32,000 bases of DNA, taken from assembly GCA_039809905.1 (NCBI GenBank), contig JBDHVY010000001.1, positions 1,020,001 to 1,052,000 of the forward strand. The letters are read 5' to 3'. Below the pieces are notes generated by a model, which ran no database searches, was not told where the DNA came from, and worked only from the letters and a program-made list of their open reading frames with translations. Each line of letters starts with the position of its first letter. Within the stretch, counting starts at the first letter, position 1. Both the position numbers and the translations under genes were made by a program. Below, one piece after another: positions 1 through 8,631 of this stretch. Source of the DNA: Candidatus Babelota bacterium (GTDB lineage: Bacteria; Babelota; Babeliae; Babelales; Vermiphilaceae).

Positions 1-278
1 GCGATACCTATAAATGTGCATACATCAAAATATTTGGTTCTTTTGCCATATTCATTTAATGCGTATATTTCGTATAAAAAATCATCAGCTTTTAACTTTT
101 GCTGGGCTTGCTGTAAGAATTCATTTTTTCTCATTTCACCAAGAAAGCATTTTTCATTATGATTAACAGCCCATAACATCCTCTTGCTGAATCTATGATC
201 AGTTGCTTGGATTGATTGAGGTAAATGAGCGATAGAACCTAAAGTAATTACAGAAAAAAGTATAGATTTTATAGTCAT
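1..278 (-). CDS. Hypothetical secreted protein, N-terminal part only (runs off the left edge)
   Basis: ATG at 278-276 is preceded by AAAGGAA 7 nt upstream on the minus strand. The frame is open to position 1. The N-terminus MTIKSILFSVITLGSIAHLPQSIQA looks like a signal peptide. This ORF is absent from the ORF track because it is truncated. Confidence 0.5.
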   Translation of the reverse strand, partial: MTIKSILFSVITLGSIAHLPQSIQATDHRFSKRMLWAVNHNEKCFLGEMRKNEFLQQAQQKLKADDFLYEIYALNEYGKRTKYFDVCTFIGI

Positions 279-459
279 AATGATTCCTTTTCTATTGTAA
301 TAATTGCTTTTTATTATAAATATAGCACAATCGCAGAAAATGTCAAATAGAAAACCTTGCGCTGAAAAGAATCATTCAGACGTTGTTTTTGATGCAAGAA
401 AAAAGCCTTATGCAAGGCATAAAGCTTTTTTCATAAATATGGTAAAATTTCAGTATTAT

Positions 460-807
460 TTAACTTTTAGATGGCTCATTTTTGAAGTATTTTGCATGAT
501 ATTTACCAAATGCTTTTTCTAATTCGGTGTCATCATTTCCTTTTACGAAAACGATTAAATATTTACAATCACCTTTATCATCAGGAAATCTGGTTATGGT
601 ATGCATGTGTTGTGTTACCGGTTCTCCAAAAATTTTTTCAGCTTCATTAATAAACTCATTTATTTCTGTTCTATACATAAAGCAAACAGATGGATAAGTT
701 GCTCTAGGAGTAAATGTCCTACAAACTGCGTGGGCTTGCGTGTCAGCTAAAATAATATTCGTTAATCCACATATTAATACTAAAAAAATTGATTTTTTCA
801 TAATCAT
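460..807 (-). CDS. Hypothetical secreted protein (115 aa)
   Basis: ORF track entry. AAGGAA lies 6 nt upstream of the ATG. The N-terminus MIMKKSIFLVLICGLTNIILA is signal-peptide-like. No recognisable domain. Confidence 0.55.
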   Translation of the reverse strand: MIMKKSIFLVLICGLTNIILADTQAHAVCRTFTPRATYPSVCFMYRTEINEFINEAEKIFGEPVTQHMHTITRFPDDKGDCKYLIVFVKGNDDTELEKAFGKYHAKYFKNEPSKS

Positions 808-958
808 ATATAATTCCTTAGATAATTAATGTTTCTTTTTTTTAAGATACTATAATTTCAAAAAAATACCAAATAGAAAAAACATTTCTGTTCTATTGCA
901 AATAGTATCGATAACAATGTATTTTTTTTAAAATTACTATCGTCAAGAAGGGGATAAA

Positions 959-2629
959 ATGAAGTATGCATCGAAAATAGGCATAATGACGGGTGTTGTT
1001 GTATTGTTTTTTATGATACACAGAGGGATTGATGCTTTCGATATCTGGGAAACATACGATAAAGCAAAAAATGCAGCAACCTATGCAAAAGAAAGAGTTT
1101 CTAGTGCTGTTTCAACGGGGATTGAATATTTCACAGGGGGTAAAGAACCAACAGCCATCAGAATTAATCCTTATAAAAATACTGTTGCATATATACGTAA
1201 AGGCAATGAATTAAATCCTCAAGAACGGCAATATAGAGAAAAACGACAACCAAAAGTAAAACAAGCGCTTGAAAAAGTAGTTGGCAGATCATTAAATGAT
1301 TCGCAAGTTCCGCGTATATCAATTGTGGCGAGTGGCGGTGGCTATAGAGCTATGTTAGGAACAATAGGAAGTTTGTTGGCGCTCGAAAAAATCGGAATTC
1401 TTGATGCTGCCATGTATATGGTTGGATTATCTGGTTCAACATGGGCAATAGCTTCATGGTTATCAACGGGAATGTCTTTACAAAATTTTAAAGATTACAT
1501 TCAAAAAACGATAGAAAAAAATATTCGTGTTCGGAGTATAAGTGAAACAAAAAATATTATTGATATGCTTTCGGTGAAACTTGTATTTGATGAACCAATA
1601 ACAACCGTTGATATGTACGGGAGTTTACTTGCAAATCGTTTATTGAGTCATTATGGAACTGATGCGCAAAGAGTTTATCTATCGCAACAAGCTGAACGAA
1701 TCAAAAATGCGGATGTTCCGTATCCTATTTATACGTCAATTGATGCACGCGAAGCAGTTGCGCGAGAGCCGCATTGGTTTGAATACACGGCACATGAAGT
1801 TGGATCGCCCTATTTTGCTGTATATGTTCCGAGCTGGGCATATGGACGTCTTTTTGATAATGGGCAATCAATAAATTTTGCTCCAGAGCAGAGTTTAGGA
1901 TTTTTGATGGGCACATGGGGATCTGCATATGGTGTGCATGTTGCAAGAGCATGGGAAGATATTTCAGAATCTATTCCGGGTACGACTATCAAAAAAGCAA
2001 TAGAAAAAAAATTAATTGATCCTGCGACAGGTAAGCGAATTACAGGCTCATGGGGTGAGATATTTAATTTTATGTATGGAATGCAAGGTCAAGAACTATC
2101 AGCTCGTAAAACAATAAAATTTGTTGATGCTGGCATAGATTTTAATCTGCCATATCCACCAGTTAGTGGGGAGCGTCCTGAACGCAAAGCAGATATCATG
2201 ATATTTTTAGATTTTTCTGGTGGATCACTATTGCCTTCAATGAAAAAAATAGAAGCATATGCAAAAAGAAAAGGTTTGAAATTTCCTAAAATTGATTATA
2301 CAAATTTAGAAAAAAAAGCAATGTCAGTCTTTATGGATCCATCAGATCCATCAGTTCCTGTTGTTATTTATTTTCCGCGAATTAGTGAAGCTGATTTGTG
2401 GAAAACACAAAGATCAAATAAAGATTTTGATAGATATCGCAATCTCGAAAAATTTGATTTTACAGAATGCACCAATGATTCTGATGGTTTTTGTGGAACA
2501 TTAAACTTTAAGTATTCAACAGATGAATCAGCCCAACTGATTAATCAAATGGAATTCAATATATTGGTCCATAAAGATAAAATTATACAAACGATTAATG
2601 AGTATATTGATCGTCAAGGTAAGAAATAA
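959..2629 (+). CDS. Membrane-anchored cytosolic-phospholipase-A2-like / lysophospholipase (PLA2_B-type catalytic domain)
   Basis: The RBS GAAGGGGA precedes the ATG. There is one N-terminal TM (IGIMTGVVVLFFMI). Motifs present are SGGGYRAM, GLSGSTW (nucleophile elbow, Ser158, nt 1430-1432) and VDAGIDFNLPYPP...IMIFLDFSGG (Asp390, nt 2126-2128). The protein is colinear with the group IV cPLA2 catalytic domain as I recall it. Confidence 0.85.
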   Translation: MKYASKIGIMTGVVVLFFMIHRGIDAFDIWETYDKAKNAATYAKERVSSAVSTGIEYFTGGKEPTAIRINPYKNTVAYIRKGNELNPQERQYREKRQPKVKQALEKVVGRSLNDSQVPRISIVASGGGYRAMLGTIGSLLALEKIGILDAAMYMVGLSGSTWAIASWLSTGMSLQNFKDYIQKTIEKNIRVRSISETKNIIDMLSVKLVFDEPITTVDMYGSLLANRLLSHYGTDAQRVYLSQQAERIKNADVPYPIYTSIDAREAVAREPHWFEYTAHEVGSPYFAVYVPSWAYGRLFDNGQSINFAPEQSLGFLMGTWGSAYGVHVARAWEDISESIPGTTIKKAIEKKLIDPATGKRITGSWGEIFNFMYGMQGQELSARKTIKFVDAGIDFNLPYPPVSGERPERKADIMIFLDFSGGSLLPSMKKIEAYAKRKGLKFPKIDYTNLEKKAMSVFMDPSDPSVPVVIYFPRISEADLWKTQRSNKDFDRYRNLEKFDFTECTNDSDGFCGTLNFKYSTDESAQLINQMEFNILVHKDKIIQTINEYIDRQGKK

Positions 2630-2878
2630 TTACTTTGATTGTTTTAATTGTTTGGCAGAGTCAATGTTGGTTTTTATTGGAGCTGAATTATTTTGTTTTG
2701 GTTGCAGATGCGATTTATAGCCTTCAATAAAATTGCGTTGGCTCTGCGCGCTTCTTTCATAGAGGTTAGACATAACTTGATAGAGTGAATTATTATCTGA
2801 AGGTTGTGGATTCATGGCCGTACTGAATTGAAAAATAAAACAGGTAAATAAAGGTAAAATAAAGATTCTTGATATCAT
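2630..2878 (-). CDS. Small hypothetical secreted protein (82 aa from internal ATG)
   Basis: The track ORF is 2630..2950. I prefer the ATG at 2878 because AAAGGA lies upstream and the product starts with the signal peptide MISRIFILPLFTCFIFQFSTA. The stop codon abuts the stop of the convergent phospholipase gene. Confidence 0.45.
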   Translation of the reverse strand: MISRIFILPLFTCFIFQFSTAMNPQPSDNNSLYQVMSNLYERSAQSQRNFIEGYKSHLQPKQNNSAPIKTNIDSAKQLKQSK

Positions 2879-3018
2879 GATGTGTCCTTTTTTTGGTAAA
2901 TGTATGAGGAAAACAATTTTAGCACATGTTATTATTTTATCAAAACACATTATGAATCGTTCTTTTCAAGAATTTTAATTTGTTGGAGTATTTTGAGATC
3001 ATATGAATCATAATGTGT

Positions 3019-3696
3019 TTAAAATAAATTTTTTGGTGGAGTATTATTTGCATATGTTAATAAATCATAGCTTGTACAAATAATTTCCCAAGCAATCATT
3101 CTTTTATACGAATCTATGATGGATGGCGAGAAACTTTTTTTCTTTGCATTTTCAATATTTATCTCTAAAAGATGCGTCATTGTTTTTTGATATTCCTCAC
3201 AAGGTATAGAAATGTATAGATGAGTATTTCTCAGATTAGGATAACTAAAGAAACCGTTCTTATCGGGAAGATAATTTTTAAAGAAATCATTTTTGGTCAA
3301 AAGGTTATGCCTTGTAGGAAGAATAAATAATGGCCCTTGAGAGTTTTGGATATGAAGGAGAGCCATACGCGTATATTTTATGTGAAAAAGTTCAGCTATA
3401 ATTCTTGTTTTATAACAATTAATAATCTCTGTATCGATATTTTTAGTACGAAGAGTCTGAATGTTCTGATTCAAAGAAGTAATAAATTGATGATCATAAA
3501 TATTTTGATCATCAATTAGTTTTGGTTCGCAATAACATTGTAGTCCCTGTGAATCACGAGGGATTACATAAGGAGACTTCTTAAAATCATAGAAAGAAGG
3601 AATGAGAGATCTTACTGATTGCTTCATGGCGCAATGAGCGTCAAAGTGAAAACAACTCGTTGCTAGTAGTAATAATGTGATCATATGATGAATCAT
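3019..3696 (-). CDS. Hypothetical secreted protein (225 aa)
   Basis: ORF track entry. The hydrophobic N-terminus MIHHMITLLLLATSCFHF suggests export. No recognisable domain. Confidence 0.55.
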   Translation of the reverse strand: MIHHMITLLLLATSCFHFDAHCAMKQSVRSLIPSFYDFKKSPYVIPRDSQGLQCYCEPKLIDDQNIYDHQFITSLNQNIQTLRTKNIDTEIINCYKTRIIAELFHIKYTRMALLHIQNSQGPLFILPTRHNLLTKNDFFKNYLPDKNGFFSYPNLRNTHLYISIPCEEYQKTMTHLLEINIENAKKKSFSPSIIDSYKRMIAWEIICTSYDLLTYANNTPPKNLF

Positions 3697-3876
3697 CTTT
3701 CTATACCTTGTCTGAAAAATAAAGTTTTAAAGTATTTGATAATTGAAAGCAATTGCAAATTATTTCTTCAGTTTGTCAAAATATTCCTTTATTTAATTCT
3801 TTTCTTGGTATTGTTTAAAATGTGTATTAATCTAAAGATACATTTTTAAAACACCATTTTTGAATAATAAAAGATT

Positions 3877-5616
3877 ATGAATGTTCATACCGTGACTGGC
3901 AAAAAGTATCTCTGGAAAATTTCTTCTGTTAATCAACAGAGAATTGCAGAAATAGCAGCGCGTTACAATCTTTCTTTTGCTGTAGCGCATGTTTTATATT
4001 CGCGTGGATTTACTGATGAAGATGTTATTGAATCATTTTTATTTAGCAGCTTTGAAAATAATGTTGCTGATGCCCGGCTCTTAAAAGATGCAGAAAAAGC
4101 TGTTGATAGAATTTTGCTTGCCATGGAAAAGCAGGAACCAATTTTGGTATTTGGTGATTATGATGTTGATGGTATTACATCCTCATCGCTTATGATGATT
4201 TGTTTATTGCCGTTGGGAGCAAAAATTAATTATTTTCTCCCCAATAGAGTTAAAGATGGCTATGGGTTATCAACTAAAATAGTTGAGCGAGCAGCTCAAA
4301 ATGATTATAAAGTAATCGTTACGGTTGATAATGGTATAACTGCTATTGAACAGGCAGATCGTGCAAAAGAGCTCGGAATTGATCTTATTATTACTGACCA
4401 TCATCGTCCTCATGCGCATGTTCCTGATGCATATGCTATCGTTAATCCTAATCAAATTGATTGTGGATATCCGCATAAAACATTAGCAGGTGTTGGAGTA
4501 ACATTCAAACTGCTTTCATTATTGTATGAAAAAAAAGGATTGCCATTACCTGCCAAAGCGTATGAACTATTATTATTAGGTACTGTTGCCGATGTTGTGC
4601 CATTAATTGGTGAAAACAGATTTTGGGTTCGGCATGGTCTTAATTATGTTAATAAAATAGAAAGCTTGTCTTTTAAGTTGCTTAAAGCAAACGGAAAAGT
4701 AACAAAACCAAAAATATCTTCAACAGACATTGGTTTTTCTATTACGCCACAAATTAATGCATTAGGAAGATTAGAAGATCCTCGTCAAGCAGTACAATTT
4801 TTAATTGGTACTGATGTAAAGAATGCAGAAACGGTAGCAAAAGTGCTTTTAGAAATGAATGAAGCACGTAAAGCTATAGAGCGTTCTATTGTTGATGAAA
4901 TTGAAGAACAAATTCGTTTAAAACGAATTGATATTGATCGAGAAAATGTCATCATCGCTGCCAGCAGTAGTTGGCCTGCAGGTGTTATTGGTCTTGTTGC
5001 TTCACGCTTTGTTTCAGCATATGGCAAACCAACATTATTATTTCATCTGACAAAAGATGGTATTGCAAAAGGTTCATGCCGATCTATTGCAGAATTTAAT
5101 ATGTTTGATGCTTTGACTGCATCATCAGATTTATTGATACAATTTGGAGGACATTCTGTTGCGGCAGGATTATCACTGACTGTTGAAAATATATCCGAAC
5201 TTAAAATGCGCCTTGAAAAGTTAATTGCACAGCAATTAACGCCAGATGATTTGAGGCCAAAAATCCGTATTGATGCAGAAGTTTGTCTTTCAGATTTGAA
5301 TAAAAAATTTATTGATGATTTAGAACATTTAGAACCATTTGGAAATAGTAACGATCAACCGCTGTTTTATGTAAATAATGTTGCTCAAGTACAAAAGCCG
5401 CAATTATTAAAAGACGCGCACGTCAAATGCTTTATGTATGCAGATGGTGTTATCAAGCCGGTAATGTTTTTCAATAGACCAGAATTGTTTGAGTTTTTTA
5501 ATCAACATTATGAACAATCATTTACCTTGGCAGCTCGTGTTTCTGAAAATCATTGGCAAGACCGCGTAAATATTGAATTAATTGGTGTTGATGTAGCGAT
5601 AAAAGAGGCATTATGA
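3877..5616 (+). CDS. recJ: Single-stranded-DNA-specific exonuclease RecJ (DHH/DHHA1 family)
   Basis: DHH-family motifs are present: FGDYDVDG, TVDNG and ITDHHRP. The C-terminal block GGHSVAAG matches DHHA1. The length (579 aa) is typical. Confidence 0.9.
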   Translation: MNVHTVTGKKYLWKISSVNQQRIAEIAARYNLSFAVAHVLYSRGFTDEDVIESFLFSSFENNVADARLLKDAEKAVDRILLAMEKQEPILVFGDYDVDGITSSSLMMICLLPLGAKINYFLPNRVKDGYGLSTKIVERAAQNDYKVIVTVDNGITAIEQADRAKELGIDLIITDHHRPHAHVPDAYAIVNPNQIDCGYPHKTLAGVGVTFKLLSLLYEKKGLPLPAKAYELLLLGTVADVVPLIGENRFWVRHGLNYVNKIESLSFKLLKANGKVTKPKISSTDIGFSITPQINALGRLEDPRQAVQFLIGTDVKNAETVAKVLLEMNEARKAIERSIVDEIEEQIRLKRIDIDRENVIIAASSSWPAGVIGLVASRFVSAYGKPTLLFHLTKDGIAKGSCRSIAEFNMFDALTASSDLLIQFGGHSVAAGLSLTVENISELKMRLEKLIAQQLTPDDLRPKIRIDAEVCLSDLNKKFIDDLEHLEPFGNSNDQPLFYVNNVAQVQKPQLLKDAHVKCFMYADGVIKPVMFFNRPELFEFFNQHYEQSFTLAARVSENHWQDRVNIELIGVDVAIKEAL

Positions 5617-6284
5617 TCATAACAATTGATGGACCAGTTGCAAGTGGTAAATCAACCATTGGTAGGATATTAGCACATAAATTAAATTATTATTACTTAT
5701 GTTCGGGATTATTATATCGTGCTCTGGGTTATGTATTGGTTAATCATAGTGGGTATACCTTAGAAATGTTGCCACGTATAACCCAAAAAGATATTGATGC
5801 GGTGTTCTCTGATACTTGTTTTTCTTATCAGTATGACGAGCTTAATAATGAACGTATTTTTTTTGATAACAAAGATATTACTCATCTTTTAAAAGATAGA
5901 TCTATTGATAAAATTGCTTCAATTGTAAGTGTCAATAATGAAATTCGGCATTGGATTACCAACATGCAGCATGATATTGCTGCTCATCATAATATAGTTA
6001 CTGATGGAAGAGATATGGGATCAGTTGTATTTCCACAGGCAGAATATAAATATTTCATTACAGCATCGGTTGAGGTACGAGCAGAGCGTTGGCGCAAAGA
6101 TCAAGAAAAATATGGAAATATTTTTTCTCTGCAAGAAGCAATTGCGATTATTACCGATCGCGATGAGCGCGACAAAACTCGAACTATAGCACCACTCATT
6201 GTTCCTTCTGGCGCAATTACTATTGATACTTCTGAATTGAATGTCGAGCAAACGATTGAAAAGGTATTGAAGTATATACAATAG
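5613..6284 (+). CDS. cmk: Cytidylate kinase
   Basis: The P-loop ITIDGPVASGKST is at the N-terminus, and the central DGRDMGSVVFP motif is typical of Cmk. The RBS is AAAGAGG. The start overlaps the recJ stop by 4 nt (ATGA). Confidence 0.9.
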   Translation: MIITIDGPVASGKSTIGRILAHKLNYYYLCSGLLYRALGYVLVNHSGYTLEMLPRITQKDIDAVFSDTCFSYQYDELNNERIFFDNKDITHLLKDRSIDKIASIVSVNNEIRHWITNMQHDIAAHHNIVTDGRDMGSVVFPQAEYKYFITASVEVRAERWRKDQEKYGNIFSLQEAIAIITDRDERDKTRTIAPLIVPSGAITIDTSELNVEQTIEKVLKYIQ

Positions 6285-6297
6285 AAATGACATCAGT

Positions 6298-8631
6298 ATG
6301 AAAAAAATAATTCACATCTTAATGTTATCAATTTTATTTTCATTCAATATTTCCTGTGCAATGGAAGAACGAGAGGTACCGGTTTACTATTTGTTTTGTG
6401 CAGGGATGGTAACGGGATTATTTGGTGTAGTGTTTTACAAAATGCTAAAACATTATTGGCTTTCTGTTTCAGAAGATACTACAAAACAAAATAGTCCTCC
6501 TGTTCCAAAAAATGTTGCAAAGCAAAATGATGATAATGAAACGAGGGGGCAATCCATACCTGATAAAATATTAAATTCAATGCAGCTCAAGAAAGAAATG
6601 GAGCAATTCCAATTGGGGATAACTGACTTACATAAAGCTTGTGAGAATAATGATGCAGAAAAGGTCGAGTCATTACTACAAAGCAAAAAACTTAAAATTA
6701 ATGCGCAATGTAAAAAAAAAAATCTTTGCGACCGTTTTGAAGATGATAAGACGTCTTTACATATAGCATGTGAAAATGAAAATGAAACAATTGTTGATCT
6801 TTTGCTCTTGCAAGACGATATAGATCTTACTATACAAGATTTCGAAGGTAATACTGTTTTTCATAGTGCATGCATGAAAGGAAATTTAAAAATTGTCAAA
6901 AAATTACTTTCATGTGGTAAGAAATTTGATATAAATATGCAAAATACGAAAGGACAAACCGCTTTAACATTAGCCTATCACAATAAATCTTTTGATGTTT
7001 TTGCATATCTTTTAGAGCTGGATAACATTGATCCGATGGAAACTTTATGCGTTGCTTGTTACCGCAATGATAGCGAGATGTTTCAGAGGCTATTGAAGCA
7101 TAAAAGGATTGAATTTCAGGATAATCGAGCTCTATATGTAGCATGTAGAATGGGACATGTTGATATGGTGCGCTCGTTGCTTGAATGCAATAAAAATGAT
7201 TGCATGAAGATTAATGAATTTGCAACAGGGAAAGCAGAATGGTATCGGAAAAAAAAATGGTGTACTCCATTTAACTGCTATAATCCGCTTCTTATAGCTT
7301 GTAAAACGTTGGTACCACCAAAGGATGTTTCGGGTAAAAAAACAATAAAAACAGGTTCTATTCGTGAAAAATTTATTGAAATTATAAAGTTATTGCTTAC
7401 GCATGAATTTGTTGATACGAAGAAACGGGCAGGGATTACTCCGTGGCATGACGATAAAAAAAATCAAACAGTACTTCATTTTGCTGCTTCTGACTCACAA
7501 CTATTACGATTATTATTACCTAAAGATGCATCTCTCATTAATGTAGAGCATGATGGAGAACGACCTCTACAAATTGCTATCAAAAAAGGTACTATAGATT
7601 GTGTGAGATTGCTCATTCAGTATGGGGCAGATATATTTGCGGAAGATTATCGAGGATACAATGCGCTTGCATTGGCATGTGAAAGTGTTTCACAAGATAG
7701 TAGTAATGTCTCAAGAGTAGATATAGCTAAATGGTTGTTAGAAATATACTATTTTCGGAGTAAAAAACATACCAAAAAAGAAGTAGATTTCTTATCTGAA
7801 TGTTTATCTCAGTGCTTATATTTGCTGATTTGTAAAAAGGGGAAAACTAATAAAGATATATGCCATCAATTGCTGTTATATGGAGCTGATCCTCATCATG
7901 TGATCAGAAGAAAAATAGAGAGAACAAATCGATTTTATCCAGAGCGGCGAAAATACTTTTTTTCTTCTCCTGCCTTAAAGGCAGCGAAATACGATGTATC
8001 TATTCTTAATATATTATTAAGTAAGCACCCTATACCTTCTATGCAGAAAAATTATCGTGGGCACACGATAATTTTTAGAGCATTTATGTTTAATCAGGTA
8101 AAGTGTCTGGAACAAGTTCATTATTTTAGAGACCTTGATGAACAACAAAAAGAAAAAGAAATCAGATCGGAGCTTTATAATCTTGTAGGCTCAAATCCAA
8201 CTGATATTATTAAGATTTGGGAGAATGCCCCTGTTGAGAAAAGAAAAGAAATTGGTAACAATGCCGTACAACGTCTTTATTCTTTTGTGACAATATGTAA
8301 TGAGTACTCTAAGATAGAAACCAGTACGTCGTTTAGAACCGAATACGCGCGCTCAAAAAAAATATACTCATTGTATTGTTATCCTGATGGCTATCAGAAA
8401 ACATTTTGGCATGAAATGGGTCTAGTTAATGGTAAGCATTATGTTACTGTTAAGAATGATTATAATGAATTAATTGTACATGCTTTTATACAGCATGTTA
8501 CTCCTCAAACAGATGAGCAAAAGGCTGAAAAAGCAATTGCTCTCGGCTATAAAAATAATCCTACAGAATATTATTTGAGTAAACGTAAAGATAAAAAAAA
8601 TATTAAAGACTATTTTTTGAGCCAAGTATGA
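6298..8631 (+). CDS. Ankyrin-repeat protein, paralog 1 (777 aa), with two N-terminal hydrophobic segments and an unassigned C-terminal domain
   Basis: Multiple ANK-like units are visible (for example TSLHIACENENETIVDLLL, GNTVFHSACMKGNLKIVKKLL, RPLQIAIKKGTIDCVRLLIQYGADI). The N-terminus is MKKIIHILMLSILFSFNISCA followed by VYYLFCAGMVTGLFGVVFY. Confidence 0.85.
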   Translation: MKKIIHILMLSILFSFNISCAMEEREVPVYYLFCAGMVTGLFGVVFYKMLKHYWLSVSEDTTKQNSPPVPKNVAKQNDDNETRGQSIPDKILNSMQLKKEMEQFQLGITDLHKACENNDAEKVESLLQSKKLKINAQCKKKNLCDRFEDDKTSLHIACENENETIVDLLLLQDDIDLTIQDFEGNTVFHSACMKGNLKIVKKLLSCGKKFDINMQNTKGQTALTLAYHNKSFDVFAYLLELDNIDPMETLCVACYRNDSEMFQRLLKHKRIEFQDNRALYVACRMGHVDMVRSLLECNKNDCMKINEFATGKAEWYRKKKWCTPFNCYNPLLIACKTLVPPKDVSGKKTIKTGSIREKFIEIIKLLLTHEFVDTKKRAGITPWHDDKKNQTVLHFAASDSQLLRLLLPKDASLINVEHDGERPLQIAIKKGTIDCVRLLIQYGADIFAEDYRGYNALALACESVSQDSSNVSRVDIAKWLLEIYYFRSKKHTKKEVDFLSECLSQCLYLLICKKGKTNKDICHQLLLYGADPHHVIRRKIERTNRFYPERRKYFFSSPALKAAKYDVSILNILLSKHPIPSMQKNYRGHTIIFRAFMFNQVKCLEQVHYFRDLDEQQKEKEIRSELYNLVGSNPTDIIKIWENAPVEKRKEIGNNAVQRLYSFVTICNEYSKIETSTSFRTEYARSKKIYSLYCYPDGYQKTFWHEMGLVNGKHYVTVKNDYNELIVHAFIQHVTPQTDEQKAEKAIALGYKNNPTEYYLSKRKDKKNIKDYFLSQV

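Noticed and set aside
304-522. 72-aa + strand ORF
   Set aside because: It has no RBS, its sequence is low-complexity, and it overlaps the better-supported minus-strand gene 460..807. It lies in what is more likely the terminator/promoter spacer.
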